A program made the position numbers and the translations under genes. Under the pieces are notes generated by a model, which was not told the DNA's origin, made no database searches, and saw only the letters and a list, made by a program, of their open reading frames with translations. 64,000 nucleotides of DNA, taken from the NCBI RefSeq assembly GCF_009834535.1, contig NC_045706.1:41354001-41418000 (forward strand), read 5' to 3'. This DNA is from Camelus ferus (Eukaryota). This document shows, in pieces, positions 13,542 to 24,560 of this stretch. The stretch's first letter is position 1; each line of letters begins with the position of its first letter.

Positions 13542-15257
13542 GTAAGTTCTCTGGGGATATACAGAAACTGCATCTTCTACAGCTCTTGCTGATTCCTCTC
13601 TCAGTAGAATTGGCCAAATTGTAGGGAAGTTTTCTGAAAACAGTAATATATGAGTAAAATATATGGTATAGCTCTTTTAGCATGTAGATTAAATTGATAC
13701 ATTAAGTGAATGTTTAAAAAAAAACTGTTAGTAAAATATTTTTGCAGGCAAATCAGACTAGCTAAATGGTTACATTTATCTTACAGGTGCCCTTAAGATA
13801 CAGCAGCCTTGTTATTTATAAATGTGCTACAGTTAGGTTCTGTGGGGGGGAAAAGCGAGGAATGCCCTGAATCTTTATAGATTTGAAGAATTATTTCTCA
13901 ATTTTTTTTTATAATTTGAATTTATTTTTTCTTGCTCAAATTTCACAAAGGTGAAAAAACTCATTGCTTTTCAAAGGAATGTTTAAACATATTCCATACT
14001 ATATTTTAAATATGAAATACATAGCCCTTGTGTTTTTTTATTTGGCTGCATAAAGCATCAGATGTTATAGTGGAAAAGCATTTCAGAATGAAAAGGATAT
14101 TTAAACAAGTTTCCATATGCCCGGTGAAGAATTTAAAATTGAGCTCTTCCCCCCCTCTTTTTTAATTCAGTAATTAACTAAACTTGCCCTGTAGTTGGAG
14201 GGACTGTAATAGTTTACACCTGTTTCAACTTTGGCTGTTTTTATTGGCTGGGGCTTTTGCCATCCCATATTTCTTGCGAAGCAAAAATATGAAATAAAAT
14301 ATAGCAGAGCATTGGAGAAATTATAATAAACATAAAAAATGAATTGTTCAGCTTAAAATATGAAATGCTTACCTGCACAATCCACAAAGCCAGGTTTCAG
14401 TAGTATTGAAGTAATTTATTCTTGGAGTTCTGTGTCGTGAAAATAAAGACAGTTGCTTTCATTGGCAGGAATAACCCAGGGTTTTTTTTTTTTTTTTTTT
14501 TTTTTTATAATCAGATGATTAAATTTTGGAACATCAAGGCAGAAGGCATATTGTAAAGACAGAGAAAGCCTGCTAAATCATCCTGTGTGTGCGTTCATGT
14601 TACTGTGAATAAAAAACCTGAGGGTGTGCCGGTGTGTAAGAGAGTGAAGACTCCGTAGATCTGTTGTACCACAGAAGAGAGTCAGCCTTCAAAGGTCAGG
14701 GCGTGCTGCGATGGCAGGCGTGGGCTGGCTCATTTCACAGGCAGCGTTTCCCCCTCCAAACGTAATGAAAAGAAAACTGTTGGGTCAAGATAGTATCATA
14801 TCATGTTTTTTCTTGCAGTCCCACTTTCAGAGGGTCCCCCAGAAGCACTCTTTATCCTTCAGTCCTGACGTTAGTTGCTGAGCTCTGGTGTTGGGTAAAG
14901 AGTAAGATGACTAGCTTCTTAGTGCATTGTCCAGAGTAAGAGGAGCTAAATTAAATTTCTGGTAAGTTTTAATTTGGATAGAGTTGTGACTGTAACAAGA
15001 TCTTTGGGAAAATTGTCTCTAGAACTGAATTTTAATTCTTGATTCACCTCACTAGTTGGATGGCTGTGCCTGTATGAACCAAGGTTGCAGGTTGAAGGAA
15101 GGCAAGGCCTTGCCTGTTTCGATTCACCAGCAGCTGGTGAGAGACTGAGCTGCTCTTTCCTTTCTGGGTCTGTCAGATGAACATCTTAAATACCTGAGTT
15201 TACACGGAGAGAGAAATATTCTGCAAACCTCCTCCCCCCACTCTCTCGTTTCTTCAG

Positions 15258-15288
15258 GAGTTTATATTTTAATACCGAGGAGTTTAGA
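15258..15288 (+). other. Candidate 31 nt micro-exon
   Basis: Acceptor ctctctcgtttcttcAG and donor AGA|GTAAGT. Splice signals are the only evidence. Confidence 0.25.
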
Positions 15289-16578
15289 GTAAGTTTGAGA
15301 ACTGGCCCCTCAAATGTGAGCACAGGAGGACCCCTCTTTGCAGAGGGGAGAGAATGATTTTGGTGAAGTGTTGCTCTCCCTTGATTGACTTCTTTGGTCT
15401 TGACAGCGTTGCTTGTGTGGGGTCTGTAAAAGTCATGTGGGAGACCCAGCAACCTGGCTCAGTTCTGGAAAGCAATACGAGGCATGCCGTGAGGACACTC
15501 CCAGCACAGGGCCGCTGACCGGGCCTCCCCATGGTCTGCGCCTGACACAGTGGCTGACCGGGAGCCCAGCCAGGGGCTGTTCCCAGGTGTTTGCGGTCTT
15601 GGAAATGGGCACGTCTCAGGATTCAGGGGAAAATCGGGCCCAGATTTGGAGTTTCTTGTACACTTGGACTTAAAAGAGCCCCAGGTTTTTGGTGCCAATG
15701 AGAGTGCCATCTCTGACTCCCTGCCTCCTGCTCCCCCTCAAATTGTAAGGTTGCTAAAAAATGCAGGTATTTGGTTACATTTTAGATGCTTTTCCTGGGA
15801 ATACAGTTATAATTTGGGTCTAAGTAAGGAAATGTCCCCTTTTTTATTCATCCAGGGATTGAAAGGCCATTCTATGAAGTCTGTTTAGCTGGACTTGGCA
15901 TGAAGGGGCATTTCAAGGTTGTGACATAATGCACTTGCCATGAGGAAAATAAGTGTCCTAAAAGAAGTTTCTGTAATAAAATGTAATCGTATCATGAAAT
16001 TAAAACTGAGAGATTCTAAGTGGTGAAGCAGCCCCCTGTGGGTGAAGGGGGTGTTCATCTGCCTTGCTCGATAGGCCTTGGAAAACATCTTAGTAAAACT
16101 TCATTTTAAGGAAGAGTTCCCTCCACGTCACTGCAATTTTTTTTCCAATCTTTGTGCCCTGGTATGCAATCTTCATTGCCAAGCAATTGTGTCATCGAGC
16201 AGGGGCTCCCTTTAAACTATTTTAAAATGGAGATAAAGATAGCCCAAGAGGTGGCTGGGTTGAAATGCCCCCAAGGCTTTTGTGTCATTAGGTCTGGGGG
16301 CTGACCTACTATCTCGCTGGCCCCTCTGGCTGGGATCAGCCACGTTTGCCAATTTATTTAGGAAGAGTGAGCTTTGTTTTTTTGGTTCAAAATTGCTTTT
16401 TATGTTCTTTCAAAAGCTTTAGTGTTGGCATCTTTCCAAGTCAGAGTGAAAAATTCATAACTTGTAGAGTTAACTACAAAGAGTCTGTGTAAATGCGTGA
16501 TTCACATGCTCACATCAGTGTCTCTGCTCAGTTCATGGTGTTGATGGTGTGGTGTTTGTGTAAAAAGTACAGTTAAAA

Positions 16579-16860
16579 TTATTAGTTTCATTTTGGCGCT
16601 GTAACAAATCACCACAATTACAGGGCTTACAGCAACGTAAACTTATTTTCTTGCAGTTCTGGAGGTCAGAACGCAGAAATGCACTTTACTGGGCTCTTTC
16701 AAGGTATTGGCAGGAGCACACTTTGTCCAAAGGCTCCAGGGGAGAATCTGTTTCCTTGCTTCTCCCAGCTGCTGGAGGCCACCTATATTCCTTGGCTTGT
16801 GACCGCGTCCTCTGTCTTCAAAGCCAGCAGGGTAGCTTCTCTGTATCTTTCTCCACTCTG
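16579..16860 (-). mobile_element. MLT1 (D/E-like) MaLR LTR, partial
   Basis: attagtttc...gctgtaacaaatcaccaca...gcagttctggaggtcagaa...ggctccaggggagaatctgtttccttg...gtcttcaaagccagca. Confidence 0.85.
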
Positions 16861-16999
16861 ACCCCTTTCCTTTTGTGAATTGAGATTTTAATACTTATTA
16901 TTTTCAGAGCAGAGAGAATTTCTTGGAGTTTTGAGTTCTCTACTTAATGGGAAGATCTGCCACACCTCTTGGGTCTTTAATAATTTTAGCGAGTGCCCT

Positions 17000-17048
17000 C
17001 GTACATACACACGCACACACACGCGTGTGTGCACCCACGTGTATGTGC
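17000..17048. repeat. Alternating purine-pyrimidine (CA/CG/TG) tract, self-complementary
   Basis: cgtacatacacacgcacacacacgcgtgtgtgcac alternates for 35 bp and is followed by ccacgtgtatgtgc. Confidence 0.8.
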
Positions 17049-19029
17049 AGTGCCCCTTGATGACATTGCCCAGCAGGTGTTTGGGCTGCCGTGGTCTTCT
17101 AGATTTCAGTCTCCGGGAGTTCTTGCTCCAGCTCATTTCTCCAGTTAGCCACTCTTCCACCCGGGGCCTGAAGCTGACACTTGGTGTCTGCCTTCTGAAA
17201 AGTGCAGTTTGAGGCTGTTGCAAGCAAGATGCTGTCAGCTCTTTGCCCCGTCTCTCCTTTTAGTCAAATTTCCCACGCCTCCCCACAGATTAAAGAAAAA
17301 ATGTTCACAGAGTTGTAAAAGTTTTGAACGTACAGAACTGGGTTTGTCCTTTATTTGTAGGCTACCATTTAGATACAAAAACAAATGTTCAAACACAATG
17401 ACCTTTCAGTTAAACTCACATGAAATTTTGTTGTCTGTTCCCCTCACCATTACTTTTTAGTCCTCATGGTCCCTCTCTTTGTAAATGTTGAATAAAGGAT
17501 TGAGTTAAAGTAGTATATGATGCCAGCCGAAATCCGAGTAGATTATATAGTCATTGGAAAGCATAAAACTGAAACAGCTCCTAGCAGGCCTTGTCAGATA
17601 AGCCATCATTTGAAAAGGCAACCTCATGCCTGGGGCTGATTACAGACAGGAAGTGCTCACAGCACTACCGCTGAATATTACAATGCATTGTTCATGTATG
17701 TAGTTGCTTAACAATCAGGGGACAATGTTACTTTCATCCATGTGTGAAAACAGACATTTGGAGGCTTCCAGACAGAAAAAGGGGTGTGAAGTTATTAAAG
17801 ATGTCTAGCTGATTGGATTAGTGCATTATGCTTAGCAATGTTGCATCACAGATGAGGCCTGTAATAAGCGTGCGCTGGGCTTTGGGAGAGCAAGGCTCGG
17901 GTCTTGTTTACCTTTGTATTCCCATGCCTGATACTTGAGAGTGTTTTGAATGCATAGGTTGAAAAATGAAACTATTTTAAATGTATACATTTTTATTTAC
18001 AGCTGCTGCTGAAGGAAAAGGCAAAAGTGGGGAAGACTTTTTTCAAAAGGTAAGTTGCTTTTTACTCCTACCTTGGTGATAATTAAGGAGAAATATACCT
18101 GTCCGAGTTGCTCCAGCAGAGGCCCCTGAGAGCTCCCCTTCCATTTGAAGGGGCGGGGAATAGGTTTCAGTAAGCTAGCTGGAGCTGCTGGTGGGGGCAA
18201 GGAAAGGGCAGCAGGCTGTTTAGGACTTAGGCTTCTTCTGGGCAAATGTAGTCAAGTTTTTGCTTGGAGGCAAGGAGGCCTTGAGGGCTGCCAGATGTGC
18301 TGCCTAGATCATCCCCCTTTCCTGCTGCCGCCCACTTCCCCCTTCCCCAAACACCTGCCTGACTTGGGTGGTGGAAAGAAGTGGTCGCTCACAGCCTCTT
18401 CATTTTTTTCTGGTCAGCACGACCGTGAGTGGGTTAAATATAATCGACAGAAGATGCACCGTTAGACCTGCTTGCTCACGCTTGGTAACCATGTCCACTG
18501 TGTCCCTCGCTGCCCTCTCTAAGTTCTCACCCTCCGTGAAACCAGTCTGGCCAGTCATAGATGGAAATAGGAGTGGAGCTGATTGAAGATGAGACACTAT
18601 GAAGAGAAGTTGATTAATTCTAGTTAGCTGTGTTTTAAAATAAGTGTTTTATGTAAGGGAAGATGCCTGTCCTTTCAAAGAAATGGACTCGAGTTAATTT
18701 TCTTCTTTCCTTTGTTCACTGGAATTCATTAGATTTGTGTGTTGTTGGGATCCAGAAAGCATGTGTGTAGGGGCAACCGTGCAGGTGTCCTAGAGTGAAA
18801 TGCAGCAATTATGGATGAGGCTAAATATCACTGTAGAGGGTTATCGAGCTTTTGGAAAATACCTGTGTGACCAGATGTGGCTTTTACAAGCCTCTTCATT
18901 CTCTTGCCTTCTGTGTGACCTGCTCTTTTTTGGGGGGGGGGGGTCAACTTCATCCTTCATCTGCATTTTCTTCCAGAGATATTAAAAGTGAGTATTTTCA
19001 GATCTGACACTGGTATTGCCATTTCTTCA

Positions 19030-19330
19030 TTCTGAAAATACTTAACCACCTGCTGCATGCAACACGCTGGAAAGACCAGAGTGAGCAAGGCATAGTCCCT
19101 GCCCTAAAGGAATCAGTCTGGTGTTTGATAATGCAGTCACCTAAATAGCAGGAAAGTCTGGGGCCATAGAGGATTAAGTACTTGACTGGGACTTGAGATT
19201 AAAAAGGACTTCTTGAGGTCTTTAGAAGAGTAAAAGTTAGCTCAGTGAAGAAGTGGGCTTGGGTGGGTTGGAAGGGCAATCTAGGGGAAAAAACAGAAAA
19301 GAAGAAGGCTCAGAGGTGGAAGAACTCACG
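19030..19330 (-). mobile_element. L2 3' fragment
   Basis: aatacttaaccacctgctgcatgc...gagcaaggcatagtccctgccctaaaggaatcagtctgg is the antisense L2 tail pattern. Confidence 0.55.
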
Positions 19331-21079
19331 CAGCTCTCAACGTCAAGTACCTGGCTGGCACATGACATCTGAGGGGTTCATGGTGCAAGGTGAGGTACAC
19401 TATCCTGTAAGACCAAATACCTTCTTTATGTGGGCTGCCTTTCCTAAAGGGATTTCAGTGTTAAAAACTTAAACATACTGTGCCAGCCGAGTAGAATGTG
19501 CCAGACCACAGTTTTCCACCCCTGCTTTTTAGGCTCATGCTGTTGAAGTTTGTGTCCTGTGCCTGAAGCCTCTTTCATTGGCATTATCTGCCACTGGTTA
19601 ATATCCAACTTGTACTCAATCCTTGGGCGATTCAGAATACTCTGCTTTTAGCTGGGGCAGGCTTGCCGCAAGGGGAAGAAAAGAGAGGACAAATAGCAGA
19701 AGTCACAGATTTGCCTTGGGTTGCCTGGGATGGTACAAATACACGCGATCTGTGGAGGGTTTTAAAAAATGTTCTCAAACTTACAAAGAGATGTGAAAAG
19801 CAGATTGCTCAGCTTTGTGTGACTCAGACTTTTAAAAAGCTGAATCAAAACACAGTGTATGTGGTTATAAAGGACCTTCATTCTTGGAAGATTTGCTAAT
19901 ATTTATCACTCTTTGTGGAGCCATATATACATTCCAGCAGTTTAAACGGAAACACATGTTTGAATCCAGAAACATGTGTCTGTCCCACAAACTGAGTTGG
20001 AATCGTGGATTCCATTCTTGGTCACAGGTTAATGAGGTTTCTGAATAACTAAATGGGAGTACTTTTCTTCTCATTTTCTTCTCTAGTTCAGTAAAGACTG
20101 TCTTCCTGATTGACAAGTGTCCATATAGGATTTGGATATTTACTCTGGAAACAAGCCATGTAACTTAATACAAGGCAAATATCCCCAATTTCCGGAAAGT
20201 AATTTTTAGTGTTTTGACCAGACAGAAGTAGACATTATGGTTCATCTGCAGTAGAGTGAAGGAATGGAGAAGTATGGGATTGTCCTCCAGAAACTTTCTT
20301 CTAGTCTCACGTCTACCAATGAAAAATAATGGCATTTTGGGGAAACATTGAGGAACAAAAAATAAACCACATTGCTAGTCATTAGCATCTTTGAAAAAAA
20401 CTTTCTTCTTCCAGGGAAATGCAAATATAATGATTCTATATGCTTATTATTAGATTTTTTTTTTTTTTTGGTTTTGACTTTTGGGCATGTATCACAAACC
20501 AAAATCAAAATCTCTCTTGAGCTGAGTTTAAAATTTGACTCTCCTGACTTTAAAAACATCTGAGTCTGAAAGGATACCTCTCAGATTCATACTGGCTCTC
20601 CCTAAAGAGGGGATTGGAGGAGAAGTGTGAGACTTTTATATGTTACTTTTTTTTGGTACCATCAAAATATATGTAAAATGATAACAATATGATTATATTA
20701 AAGTAATCATTCCCATTAATAATTTTTGCAATTAAAAATAAAGGAAAAACTTAAATATCTTTAAGAATAAGAACTGGTAGATTTCTACAAAGGGTCAAAA
20801 TTGTAGTTTAACAGCTACTGAGATCATTAAATACATTGTCTCAGATTTGGAGCTGTGCTAGTAGTTGTTCAGTTTACTCTACCCTTACACTTCTCCCACA
20901 GAGTCACAGTTACCGTTTCTTTCAGAGATCAGCCCCGATTTTCTGTGTACTGTTCTATTGTATGTGTTTAAAATGTTTCATTTCCACTGCTACTCTGTTA
21001 GGATAAAAGACCAACTTACTGTAGCAGTCGAGCCATACAGTATAGTACCTTGAGGAAAAGTTATTTATTTTACTTCCAT

Positions 21080-21420
21080 GTAACGTTCTAAGGAGAATGT
21101 TCCTGCTTGGTGGGTGGCGTCATGCCCTGCTGCCAGTTAGAGACCAGACCCCTTCTAAGACATAGCTCTGCTGTTCCTTAAGGCATGGAAGTCACCTCTG
21201 TGTCTGAAGCCGGGTCATCACCGTGTCGGAATGTGAGCTGGTGAGAAAGAGGGAGAGACGATGGAGGGAAGTGTGCCACGGTCTGAAGGCCCAGGCTCGG
21301 TTCTGGCACGTGTCACTTACTCTCACATTCCACTGGAGAAAACTCATTTGTGTGGCCTTACATAACTGCAATAATAAGGGTGCGAGGAGGAGCATACGGA
21401 GGAAATACTGATTTTGCAAG
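21080..21420 (-). mobile_element. Old MLT1 (J/K-like) LTR fragment
   Basis: cacttactctcacattccactggagaaaactcatttgtgtggccttacataactgca resembles the recalled MLT1J/K motif. Confidence 0.55.
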
Positions 21421-21506
21421 CACTATCTACCAAAAGACAGATTGGTAGGAAAAAAATACATGTGGTCAAAGTGTAATGTCTCTGCACACTATGCTTCAAA
21501 ACCTTT

Positions 21507-21956
21507 TGTATTAATTTTTAGGGCTGCTGTAAAAATGTACCAGAATTCCAGTGGCTTAAACAACAAAAACTGGTTGTCCCACAGTTCTGGAGGCTAGAAG
21601 TCCGAGGTCAGGGTGTGGACAGGGCTGGTTCCTTCTGAGGCTGTGAGGGAGAAGCTGTTCCACACCTCTGTTCTAGCCCCTGGAGGTTGGCTTGCCGTCT
21701 TTGGCATTCCCGGCTTGTAGAGGCATCACCCCGATCTCGATCTTCTTCACCTGGTGTCTCCCTGTGAGTCTCTCTCTGCCCAAATTTCCTCTTTTTATAA
21801 GGACACCAGTTGCATTGGATTAGGGCTCACCCTAATGATCTTATCTTAATAATTACATCTGCAGGGACCTCATTTCCAAATAAGGTCACGTTTGAAAGTA
21901 CTCCCGGTTAAGATTTTCACACATGAATTTTGGGGGACACAATTCAACCTGTGGTA
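21507..21956 (-). mobile_element. MLT1C-like MaLR solo LTR, full length
   Basis: Runs from tgtattaa...gggctgctgtaa to ...gggggacacaattcaacc, ~450 bp. 5 bp TSD ccttt / gcttt (4 of 5 match). Confidence 0.92.
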
Positions 21957-22059
21957 GCTTTTAATGGGTGAAATGATTTTGTAGAAAATTTACTGTAATT
22001 AGAAAAATTTGGCAAATTTGTAAATGTTATTATCATGTTTTGATGCTCAATTTGATCTA

Positions 22060-22400
22060 TGGATTTTAACTTCCTAGTCATTTAAACCAAATCATTTTCC
22101 TTATTACAAGTCATTTTTAAGTTGTCTGTAACAAGTGTATAATTAACATGCAGGAAAGAGAAAAAAAAATCTACATAGTCATGTCACCTTTGAAAGACAA
22201 CTACCATTTATACACCCTTAGTCCTTTTTTCTGTGTCTACTAAAAATGTATATAAAGTGCTTTTTAATGTTCTCTAATTGGCTGATGGCATTACAAATTA
22301 GACTGTTTGCACTGGATGCATCCCAAATATTTTTCTATGTTAAAACTTTGCAAGTTCTCCAGTTATTGTAATTTTCATTCTTTGGATCTAACTGTACTTA
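22060..22400 (-). mobile_element. L1ME 3' fragment
   Basis: Degenerate antisense L1ME tail motifs (gaaagagaaaaaaaaatctacatagtc...gacaactaccattt). Confidence 0.4.
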
Positions 22401-24419
22401 CAAAAGGAGAGAATGAATACAACTTTATTGATATTCTCTCTAGTTCTTTGTCCACTTCTCATGGCAACTTTAATTGAAACACATGGAAATGATCTGCCAG
22501 GATTTTTACAGTCCTTTGGGCCGTTGTTCATGGCTTACTCACTGTCTGTCCTGCTTCCTTTTAATCTGTTCTTTTTTTCTTTCTCTTGTGAAATGACTAT
22601 GGCTAGATCTTGGAGGGGAAAATGTGTTACAGTATATTAGGTGGGGATGAGTAAAGTGATTGTATTACAAATGTGAGTCATCAAAGCAAAATGCTTTACG
22701 AAAGCTGAATCCCAGTGGCTGAAGAAGACAAAATCCAGTCAACATCATAATTGATAAAAGCCAAGTTTTTCACTGCATTGAGTTATATACATCATTTCTT
22801 CACAAAGTACGTATCACATATTTTAAATGTAGGGGGATTTTATATTCTCAAAATGTGTCAGTTTAGGAAACTGACCTATAAGCTGTGGCTTTTCAGAAGG
22901 GCCATCAGTAAGATTCATATAAATAAGATACTGTTTGGTGGTTTATGTGGTATATTTTTATTACCCTCAAACTCATCCTTTTTAGGCAGACAGATTACTT
23001 TTGTCATTTTGGAAGTTTTATGTGTCGGCTTCTGGGGAAAATTGCTGGGAGGAATATGGGCTCCCTTTGTGCCTCAGAATGAGTCTTAGATGGGGGCTGC
23101 TTGAATCTTTCTATTGGAGGGAGGCAGAAATCCCCAAGTAAAATTGCTTGTTCTTTCTCCACTGGCCGTTGTTTTGTATAGGTTGGATGGATCATGTTAC
23201 TCTGGTAATAGAAATAACTTTTGTTAATTATTTAGAAGTGAATTCAGTTGACTATAGCCCATGATATACTTTCTCTGAGTCTTTATGCTTAAACATGTAA
23301 AATTTTGATTTCAATAAAATTAGGATAGTTAAAATTTTGATCTTAATATTTGTTTCAATAGGTAGTAAATTCACATGATTCACAATTCAGACATTACAAA
23401 AGGGTGTATATATAGGGAAGAGTATTTGCCGTCATGGTTCTGAGGACATGCTGAGAAGGCTGTGCAGAATTAGTGTCAGTTTTGATTCCAGACTTAAGCA
23501 AGGGTTATCAGCAATGGATGTCATCACTAATGGACAGTTAGGCCCGAAAGCTAGCATTCAGGGACACTGTGTTCTTGTTCTTGACTCTTCTGCATTACAG
23601 CCCTGAGAATAAGCTTCACTTAGAGAATCTGTGATCACTGTTCTCTCATATGACTGGCTAAATAAGGGTAACTGGCCCGCACAAGACTTAGAAGAAAGGA
23701 ACAGCCCCTAAAATAGGCTATCTGGTCATCTTCTAGAAAGTTGTTACAGATGAGAATCTGTCCTATTTTTGTATCTTTTAATTTGGTCTCTGTCTTCTAC
23801 CCAAGAGTCCAGCAGATAAGGGCTAGTGAGAAAAGATTAAGAAAAAGGCTGTCTTAAGCTCATCACCCGTTCTTCTTGCCTTCTGAGCTGTGTCTTTGTG
23901 TTCATTTGGACACGAGAAGCCTGGGTGTCACACCCGTATTCTCAAGCACGTTGTCACCTGTTGAGTTCTGTCACAACGTTGCATACTCGGCTTTTATTTT
24001 GGCAGTCATTTCACACAACTGCTCTATAAAAACCACATTTGCTGTTTTATTCCTCTTTCTGCAAACATGGAAGCAGGGGATGTCCGTGAGATTCCTTTAG
24101 AGAGTGTGTTTCATGGCAGTGAATATACCCTAATTGCTATTTTGATTTTTTAAAGTGAATAATTGTAATAAATTTAAATCTGTATCTTGTGAAAGTTTAG
24201 TTGTTCCTGGTTGTAATGTTCTTCTCTCTTCTTGAAACCAAACTCAAAGCATGGGATCATGTGGAAAATCAAATTAACTTTATGATTGGATTACTGTATA
24301 GGCCTTAAAAATCATGCTTTTTTGGTAAATACTTAATGACTTGGAAAATCGAATATCATGTAAGTGCAAAAATTAGGACAAAAGGCATATAAATAGCTTG
24401 ACTCGTTTTATATATATAT

Positions 24420-24560
24420 ATATATATTTATGCTAGAAACATTACTGGGGCAGAAATTATTCTAAAATGTTAACAATGTCTGTCTCAGTGGTGGGATTAT
24501 GGTTGATCTATATTTGTTCTCATTACTTTCTGTACAGTGAACCCCTATTACTTCTAAAAC
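24420..24560 (+). mobile_element. Old L1 (ME/MC) 3' end
   Basis: aaaatgttaacaatgtctgtctcagtggtgggattatggttgat...tactttctgtacagtgaac. Confidence 0.55.

Noticed and set aside
18368-18597. Overlapping 72 aa (+) and 65 aa (-) ORFs in a CpG-retaining patch
   Set aside because: Neither peptide matches a protein I recognise, and there are no convincing flanking splice sites.
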